Source: Eledone cirrhosa
Lineage: Eukaryota
Assembly (NCBI GenBank): GCA_964016885.1
Contig: OZ024756.1
Coordinates: 6,572,001-6,636,000, forward strand
Reading direction: 5' to 3'
Length of the DNA stretch: 64,000 nt
Below the pieces are notes generated by a model, which had not been told where the DNA came from, ran no database searches, and saw only the letters and a program-made list of their open reading frames with translations. The position numbers were made by a program, and so were the translations under genes. How positions within the stretch are numbered: the first letter of the stretch is position 1; every line of letters begins with the position of its first letter. Shown here in pieces: positions 54,888-64,000 of this stretch.

Positions 54888-54920
<33 letters not shown>

Positions 54921-54999
54921 CATATATATACATATATATATATATATACATATATATAAATATATATAAATATATATATATACATATATAAATATATAC

Positions 55000-55042
<43 letters not shown>

Positions 55043-55694
55043 TAAATATATATATACATATATATATAAATATATATATACATATATAAATATATATATA
55101 CATATATATATATATAATATATATATATATTATATATATATACACTCAACATTCCAAATGTACACACGTTCGACATTTTTTTCATTATGAATAATTCTTT
55201 CATAAAAACCTAAAACATTGAAATGAAATCATTTCTTTTTTTTTATATATATATAGACACTTAATAAAATCGGATGGCACTAATCCCTTGTAGAATTTAG
55301 GCAGTTCCTGCACGAATGATTTAATTTAATCCATATCCAATACATGTACTTTCAAGATTCTTCAGGCATCTAATGGAAAAAACAACAAAAGATGACTGCA
55401 ACAAACGAATGTCGTTTCGTTTGCCACACTTTACAAAGTTCTACTGATTATAGGAAATATCTTCTTATAAATAGGAATGGGTAAACGGAAAAGGGAAAGA
55501 ACACACACACACACACAAACATATATATGTGTGTATTTATGTTTTGTGTATGTGTGTAAAACATTGACATATACGGGTATTTAAGTTTCGTTGGGTTGTT
55601 TATCGCAAATCTTATTATATATAACTGGGTATATATAATTCGTGGTACATACTGAGTGGTCTAAAGCCTTGGATATTAACACAGAGTTTGTACT

Positions 55695-56098
55695 ATATAC
55701 ACACATACATGCATGCATACATACACACATACATTCATACATGCACGCAACTTACATATATACACACATACATGCAAGTATACATGTATACACACAACAT
55801 ACACACATACTCAAACACACATACACACAAACACATACATACAAGTATACATGCACACAACATACATACACATACATGCATGCTGCACACAATATGCATA
55901 CACATACATGCATATATACTTACATACATACGCACACAAATACATACACACGTACACAAATACATACATACATGCATACATACACAAATACATACATGCA
56001 TATATACATACACAAATACATACATACATACATACATACATACATACATACATACATACACAAATAGATACATACATACATACACAAACACATACATA
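55695..56098. repeat. (CATA)/(CA) microsatellite
   Basis: Read directly from the sequence. Confidence 0.9.
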
Positions 56099-56480
56099 CT
56101 GTGATTATTGGGGCACTGGGGCATGTTAGTAACTGCCTCAATACAAATCTTGGGAAGCTGGCCTTCACAGGAACAGAAAGAACACAACTAGTTAGGAAAC
56201 TACAAGTACAATCCATTAAAGGAACACTAATAATATGTAAAACATTCCAAAAATGTTGCATCTAATAACTGCATATACACATGTACAGATACAAAGCACA
56301 CATACAACTCAAAACATCCACATCCACACATACAATAACATCCATACCTACACATGCATGCATACATACATATGTACCTAGTTGATGTTGTGTAAATTCC
56401 AATGAGAGAGTCTTGTGTCTATGTTAGAAACCGACTCTCTCTATTGGTAAAACTTTGTGAAATTATAAAACCAGAAGAAC
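56099..56480 (+). mobile_element. R4/Dong-type RLE non-LTR retrotransposon, short 3' fragment
   Basis: VIIGALG..LQVQSIKGTLIICKTFQK plus a 3' UTR shared with 56540-57145. Confidence 0.8.
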
Positions 56481-56539
56481 ATACCTACATACATACATAT
56501 ATATACATACATACATACATACATACATACATACACATA

Positions 56540-57145
56540 ATATGAAAGAGTACTGGTGGAATGTTCCAGTAAAAACCCCAATAAAATGCAGGCATAACAG
56601 ACCAGATAATATGATATGGGACAGGGAGAAGAAAGCATGCACAGAAGTGGAAATTAGCTGCCCAGCAGATGCCAATATAATATCAAAGATTAGTGAAAAG
56701 GAGAATATTTATGCAGAACCCGTGAGAAATCTGCAGATACTCCACCCTGATTACACCTTCAGATTTATGCCTGTGATTATTGGGGCACTGGGGTATGTTA
56801 GTAACTGCCTCAATACAAATCTTGAGAAGCTAGGATTCACTGGAACAGAAAGAACACAACTAGTTAGGATATTACAAGTATAATCATTAATGGAACAGTA
56901 AAAATATGTAAAACATTCCAAAAATGTTTCATCTAATAGCTGCATATACACATGTACAGATGCAAAGCATATACACATGCACACATACAACTACACATGC
57001 ATGCATCCATATCTACACATGCATGCATACATACATATCTACCTAGTTGATGTTGTGTCAATTCCGATGAGAGAGTCTTGTGTCTGTTAGAAACCGACTC
57101 TCTCTCTATTGGGAAAACTTTGTGAAATTATAAAACCAGGAGAAC
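56540..57145 (+). mobile_element. R4/Dong-type RLE non-LTR retrotransposon 3' fragment (restriction-like endonuclease domain)
   Basis: WWNVPV..HNRPD..IWD..EVEISCP..EKENIY..PVIIGALG; premature TAA at 56881; ends directly in (CATA)n. Confidence 0.85.
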
Positions 57146-57181
57146 ATACATACATACATACATACATACATACATACATAC

Positions 57182-57773
57182 ATGGTGGCTGCCAACTCGT
57201 TTTCGAGTACGGCCACTGCTTTATATCCATGTAGGAGAACCCCTACCGATGCGCTGAACGAATGTGACTTTTTAGTCCAGCCAGCGACTTGAAAACTCTG
57301 GTACAAAGACTACACTTGTGACCATTATTGACACATAGTGCATCATATTGACCATGTGATGACAAGTGCAGAGAGATCTCCAGATATAAAGCAATGCCTG
57401 TGCTGTGAAGCTTTTATAGTGAGCAAAGGCACTGCACAAAGCCAGTCCCACTCTCTTAACCAAGATGATATTTACCAAAAAGAAGAACAAGTCAACATCA
57501 TTGGATACCATCAGGGTTGCAGGTGTTATATCAGAGTTTTCCTTCTCCTAGAATTCTGCCTTGACAAAGGCTAAGGGGTCATCTCTCCCGGTGATTTTGG
57601 ATGGCTATTGAGTCTTAAGAGCTCCTTTGCCTTTTGACAGGTTTTGTTTTTAGTCCTGCAGGATGTCCAAAGTCACCCTCCTCACCAAGAAACCTTGGTG
57701 GGGTTGCCAGTTTAGTCGCCAACGACCCGACCATGGGACAGGTTGTACTGGGATACATGTTACCACTAGCACC
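57182..57773 (-). mobile_element. Bipartite non-autonomous RTE derivative (5' UTR fused to the 3' zinc-finger end)
   Basis: Flanked by (CATA)n; minus strand ends with [25 protein letters not shown]; about 590 bp with no RT. Confidence 0.7.
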
Positions 57774-57842
57774 ATACATACATACATACATACATACATA
57801 CATACATACATACATACATACGCTTGGGTAACTTTATATGTG

Positions 57843-58000
57843 GGTGGCGAATTGGTAGAAATCGTTAGAACGTTAGATAGAATGTTTTGCGGTATTCGTT
57901 TTGGCTCTCTACTCTCTCAGTTTAAATCTCACCGAGGTCAACTTTGACTTTCTTCCATTTGAGGTCGATAAATAAAGTATCAATGTAGTACTGGGATCGA
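57843..58000 (+). mobile_element. Diverged family-A SINE
   Basis: GGTGGCGAATTGGTAGAA head and GAGGTCAACTTTG..GGTCGATAAATAAAGTA core. Confidence 0.7.
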
Positions 58001-59319
58001 TACTGCCTCTATATCGCTTTATTAATTCCTTTCTTTAACTCTTTATCCTTTTCTCAAAGAAATCTACTGTATTCAGACCTGAAGAGGGGAGAGGTCCCAC
58101 CAGGTTTTAAAATACCCGAAGAAACACTGTCAATTTGGCACCCTTATGACCCCCTCGGCAGTTATAGGGGTGCCATTGAGCCCGTAACTCCCTCGGCAGT
58201 TATAGGGGTGCCATTGAGCCCGTAACTCCCTCGGCAGTTACAAGCTCATTGGCATAACTCCCTCAGCAGTTACGGGCTCGTACTATACCAACTATGTACA
58301 TGTGTGTATATCATAAGGTATAGGATAGAAAATGATTGAGTGTGAGTGAGTGTGAGGGTGAAGGCGTGAGTGTGTGTGTGAGTGTGTGAGTGAAGGCGTG
58401 AGTATGTGTGAGAGTGAAGGCGTGAGTGTGTTTGAGAGTGAAGGCGTGAGTGTGTTTGAGAGTGAAGGTGTGCGTGAGTGTGAGAGTAAAAGGCTGAATG
58501 TGTGTTAGAGTGAAGGCGTGCGTGAAAGTGAGTGTGAAGGCGTGACGGAAGGCGTGGGCGTGAGGGCATGAGTGTGTATGAGTGTGAGGGCATGAGTGAG
58601 GGCATGAGTGTGTGTGAGTGTGAGGGCATGAGTGAGGGCGTGAGTGAGGGCGTGAGTCTGTGAATATGTATTGTTATGTGTTGTTATGTGTTGTTATGTA
58701 TTATATTTTACTGTCTAATGTTTCCCAATACAAGGGAGGCCATTGTTTCACAATAGATCAGTGAAGTTAATAAAAGATGTTTTCTCTCGTCCCTCTTGTC
58801 TCATTAAATGGCTGCTGTTGTATATGCCAGAAATCACAGCTATAATTTTCTTATCAAAGCTTCTAGGTGTAAAATGTCGAGGGATAAGTGTATTCTACGT
58901 TTTAGTGTCAAAATGGAATGTTTGTGAGAAAATTTAGTGAGGAAAGAAAACAAACCTTATTTTATTTTATTATTTTAGAAATCTGATGAAATAAGGTGTT
59001 AAAATCCCTACTTTGAATTGCATATGAATCTAAATTAGGGGTTCAAGTTACTTGGAATTTATAGGGTCAATTAATGTCGGACATGTTTTTGTATTACAAG
59101 AAAAAAATTATTATATAAAATCCCAAAACATCCAAAAAGATACCCACAAAGATCCAAACAAGCCTTACTTTGGATTTATGACAAAGTCGTGGTAATTAAC
59201 AGAGGTTTCCCGCTTAAATGGGTAAGAACAAGTTAATGGTTATCAGTTGTAGTCTTCTTTTGTGAGGGAATTAAAATATGCATGGATTCTCCAAGACAAA
59301 CTAACAATACACATGGAAG

Positions 59320-59760
59320 CTGTTGTCGTCGTTGTTGTTGTCGTTGCTGTTATTGTTGTTTTATTGTTGCTGTCGTTGTTATGATTGTTGTTGTTGTTGT
59401 TATGGTTGTTATTGTTACAGTTGTTGTTATTGTTGCTGTTGTCGTTATTGTTGCTGTTATTGTTGCTGTCGTCGTTGTTTTTGTTGATGTTGTTGTTGCT
59501 GTTGTTATTGTTACTGTTGTTGTTGTTATTGTTGCTGTTGTTATTGTTGCTGATATTGTTGTTGCTGTTATTGTTGTTGTCGTCGTTGTTGTTGTTTTGT
59601 TGCTGTTGTTATTGTTACTGTTGTTGTTGTTATTGTTGTCGTTGTTATTGTTGTCGTTGTTATTGTTGCTGTTGTCGTTGTTGTCGTCGTTGTTTTTGTT
59701 GCAGTTATTGTTGTTTTGTTGCTGTTCTTGTTGTTATTGTTGCTGTTGTTGCTGTTTTTT
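59320..59760. repeat. (GTT)n microsatellite
   Basis: Read directly from the sequence. Confidence 0.95.
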
Positions 59761-60029
59761 TGCTCTCAATTCTACCCTAATCAAGCAGAACAATGGTCAA
59801 TATAATTCCACGCATGACCACCTCGTCGGTAAAAGAGTACCTAGTACTATAATCATACAATAAGTCATTCTTGGATTAACAATTTCAGGAATACCAAACT
59901 AACCATTCTGTAGTGAATTCCTCGTTGGCACGAAATAGAAACAATTGTAGACTAAAGTCGGAAGTGTAATGCCCACAACACATACACAAATATTAGTGTG
60001 TACACACACACACAGACACAAATACATAT

Positions 60030-61357
60030 ATAGCTAAATTCCGTCATAACGAAATTTACAGGGTATTACAAAATTCGATGTAACGAAAGATTCTTTTTAA
60101 CGAGATCGAACTGGGGAATCCTAAAACTATTCAAACCCAACATCAGAGCACGTTAACATCCCGCCCCTCGCTGACTTGAGAGGGCGTGCGGTATCTTTGC
60201 ACTGGGATGTAGGGGGATGAACAGAGAGCAAACAATAATTTGTACAACGATAATGGAAATTTCAAGTAACAGAAAATATTTAAATTACATTATTAGAGCC
60301 TCAGAGTATACAATATTTTTTGTTCGGCCCTCTGCAGCAAAGATGAAGAGATTATTTGGCGAGCTCACCCTAGAGCATCCTACATACAATTGACCATGGG
60401 AGAATCACTGATTTCGTAGCTCGTCTCGCGGAGAAGCTCTGTAGACGCTGACCTCTGGACACTCCTGTCAGGAGCATGTAAGCTGTAGTGACTTAGAGGC
60501 CTACCACCAATCTCCAGGACACTGTTTTCAAGACAAATGAGCGCCACATTGAAAACGACATCGTATGATACGTTCGGATTGTGTCTGTGTGTGCGATGGA
60601 TGATGTACTCATCTAGACTTTCACGGTGGTTGTTCCACAGTGCGAGATGGTCGGGGAGATCGCAGTTGTGTAGCATAATAGCAAAAATGTTCGCAGCTGA
60701 GAAGGGACTTTAGCAGTTGCTGCTTCTTGCAGGGTGAGGTGCCAATGGCTATCATCGTGTAACATACCACGCATCTGGCAAGCCACACGGTAAGTGGAAC
60801 ATTGATGGCCATTGATGGTTCTCAGATCATTGATGGCCAATGATGGTTCTCTAGCCTCGAACAGTAACAATGACGATAAGCCGTTTGTGCTTTCGTGAAA
60901 TAAATAGGATTTTGTTTTTGTGTATTTAAAAATTAAAATAACATTAAAGTTTAAGCAAAGAATCGCTACTTTCACCCTTAACGAGATCTTCTGAAACTAA
61001 AAACTCCGTCTGTGAACGCAGAAGTAAATATTTCGAAAAACGTTATCTAATGCAGACAGCCAGACAGCTATGTATCTATCTAAAAAGACAAACTAAGCAA
61101 AAGAGGGAAATGTTGTGCGACGTCAATAAGAAAAAGTGAGGAATGACGTACAACCGGAAGTGTTGACATTTTAAATTTTAAAGAAGTGAATATTTAAATA
61201 ATGTCTTTAATCTTTTAACAAAATTCAGTAGACAAAGATACCCTCACTTTTTTACTGGGAAAAAGTTACATCTGTGGTTCAAATTTGGTGCTGTTTGGTC
61301 CAGCCGTTTGGCGGAAAGTTTGTTACCTACATACGGCCGTCAGCTTTATAGTATAGA
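60030..61357 (-). mobile_element. Internally deleted Helitron with RepHel coding remnants
   Basis: 5' A|TCTATACTATAAAG at 61357; Rep-helicase linker LRTING..TYRVAC..GMLHDD.HW..LQEA..PSQLR..LW (60405-60850); Pif1 motif VI FSHGQLYVGCSRV..TKNIVYSEAL* (60404-60285); degenerate hairpin and CTA(G) near 60030. Confidence 0.85.
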
Positions 61358-61469
61358 TGACAAGTTAGAGTCTTATTAACTCTAGACTTTCTCATTTGTT
61401 CTCACATTATCAACTGATCACTGCTATATACATAACAGAACTAAATAAGTAGAAGTGAGTGTAACAGCA

Positions 61470-63385
61470 ATGATGTTTATATGTTATAATATGGTTCTAT
61501 GGTTCTAGAGTTCTACATTACTACGGTTCTACGTTTCTATAGTATATAGTTCAATAGTTCCAGAGTTCTAGACCTCTATGTTTCTATTGTTCTATAGTCC
61601 TATAAAATATGTAGAAATAAGTTTAACAGCAATGATGTTTATGTTATAGTATGGTTCTATGGTACTATAGTGCTACATGTCTATAGTTCTATGTTTCTAT
61701 AGTATATAGTCCAATAGTTCCATAGTTCCATAGTTCTAGATATCTATGGTTCTACGTTTCTATAGTATATAGTCAATAGTTCTAGACTTCTAAGCTTCGT
61801 TGTTCTATATTTTTATAGTCCTATAATTCTCTGCTTCTATAATGACACTGTGGTTCTACGGTTGAATGATTTCTATAGTGTCTACCTTTCTATAAATCTA
61901 CACTTCTATAATTCTATGTATCTATAATTCTATAACACTATATTCTACAGAACCATAGTTCTATGGCTCTATATTCTACTGAACCATATTTCAATAGCAA
62001 TGTAGCTCTATTGTTCATATATTATATAGAATTGTAGTTCTATGGTTCATATATTCTATAGAACTATGATCTATATTTTATATGGAACTGTAGTTCTATG
62101 GCTCGTATATTCTATAGAACTATACATGTATGGGTCTAAGTTCCTATAGTGATGTACTTCTATGGTTCATATATTCTATAGCACTGTAGTACTATGGTTC
62201 TATGGTTATATAGCACATTGGTTCTATGGTTATATAGTACAGTGGTTCTATGATTATATAGCACAGTGGTTCTATGGTTATATAGCACAGTGGTTCTATG
62301 GTTCTATGAGTATGTAGTTCTGTACGTCTATAGTTCATATATTCTATGGAACTTTAGTAGCATGGTTCTATGATTCTGTAGCACTGGTACTATGGTAATA
62401 TGATTCTGTACCACTGGGATACTATGGTTCTATGATTCTGTATTACTGCAGTACTATGGTATTATGATTCTGTAGTACTGTGGTTCTATGATTCTATAGC
62501 ACTGTGGTACCATGGTTCTATGATTCTGCAGCACTGTGGTACTATGGTCCAATGATTCTGTAGTACTGTCGTACTGCGGTACTATGGTTCTATGGTCATA
62601 TTCTGTAGTACTGTGGTTCTATGGTCCAATGATTCGGTAGTACTCTGTTTCTATGGTTCAATGATTCTGTAGTACTGTCGTACTGCGGTACTATGGTTCT
62701 ATGATCATATTCTGTAGTACTGTGGTTCTATGATTCTGTACCACTGTGGAACTGTGGTTCTATGATTTTGTAGTACTGCGGTACTATGGTCCAATGATTC
62801 TGTGTTTCTGTCGTACTGCGGTACTATGGTTCTATGATTCTATAGCACTGTGATACTATGGTCCAATCATTCTGTGTTTCTGTCGTACTGCGGTACTATG
62901 TTTCTATGATTCTATAGCAGTGTGATACTATGGTCCAATGATTCTGTAGCACTGTGGTAGTGTCGTTCTATGATTCGGTAGCCCTGTAGTACTGTCGTAC
63001 TATGGTTCTATGATTCTATAGCACTGTGATACTATAGTCCAATGATTCTGTAGCACTGTGGTAGTGTGGTTCTATGATTCGGTAGCCCTGTAGTACTGTA
63101 GTACTATGGTTCTATGATTCTATAGCACTGTGATACTATGGTCCAATGATTCTGTGTTTCTGTAGTACTGTGGTACTATGGTTTTATGGTTCACTGTGAT
63201 ACTATGGTCCAATGATTCTGTACCACTGTGGTAGTGTGGTTCTATGATTCGGTAGCCCTGTAGTACTGTGGTACTATGGTTCTATGATTCACTGTGATAC
63301 TATGGTCCAATGATTCTGTACCACTGTGGTAGTGTGGTTCTATGATTCGGTAGCCCTGTAGTACTGTGGTACTATGGTTCTATGT
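61470..63385. repeat. Degenerate satellite built from TATGGTTCTATGATTCTGTAGCACTGTGGTAC-like units
   Basis: Short CTATGGTT/CTATAG subunits that become more regular towards the 3' end. Confidence 0.9.
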
Positions 63386-63524
63386 AATATTCAGGAAGTC
63401 ATAGTTTAGTGTTAATGTTCTCAACTGTTTAAGAGGGATTCCATATGAAATCCCTCTTAAAAACAAATTTACTTCGTGGCATTTTTATTTCTATTTTATT
63501 TCCACTTTGGTTAGTCACGTAATC

Positions 63525-63588
<64 letters not shown>

Positions 63589-63666
63589 TGGGTGTGACGG
63601 GTGTGTGGAAATGAGGACATAAGGACGTATGTATATATATGTACGTGTGTATATGTACATGTGTAA

Positions 63667-63712
<46 letters not shown>

Positions 63713-63887
63713 GTGTGACGGGTATGTGGGAATGAGGACATGAGGACATATGTATATATATGTACGTGTGTGTATATCTACATGTGTGCATATATGTAAT
63801 GTACGTGTGTGTATATATGCGCATGTGTGTTTGTATGTGTGTGGAAACCGGATGGAGACATATATGTTGATGACCATAAATTTATAC

Positions 63888-64000
<113 letters not shown>

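Noticed and set aside
58072-58131. CTGAAGA..GAAA-CACTG-TC as a hammerhead
   Set aside because: Stem II is poor and the stem I partner is absent, possibly removed by the adjacent repeat; at most a remnant.

Overview
AT-rich, gene-poor animal genomic DNA. The tRNA-derived SINE families and huge (TA)/(CA)/(TACA) tracts suggest a coleoid cephalopod (Octopus-like); this is an inference. I found no confident host protein-coding exon, and almost all long ORFs in the track are translations of simple repeats. Recognisable content: a decayed Penelope-like element (RT + GIY-YIG, Nematis-like, ~38.9-41.2 kb); CR1, RTE, Tx1/L1 and R4/Dong-type LINE fragments; Helitrons; hAT and pogo-type MITEs; about 30 SINE copies; and several minisatellites. 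The main signal not explained by the ORF track is a dense set of short elements, mostly in (TA)n tracts, that carry type I hammerhead ribozymes. Four have intact canonical cores (695, 12314, 35416, 36537), one sits at the Penelope 3' end (41331), one family has a compensatory U3-A8 core, and several are mutated or interrupted. Many share a covarying bulged hairpin (RCTC-stem-loop-TW-GAGY-RCTCT) and 5' fold-back inversions. I infer that these are a diverse set of non-autonomous Penelope-mobilised, retrozyme-like elements. All folds and alignments were done by eye.
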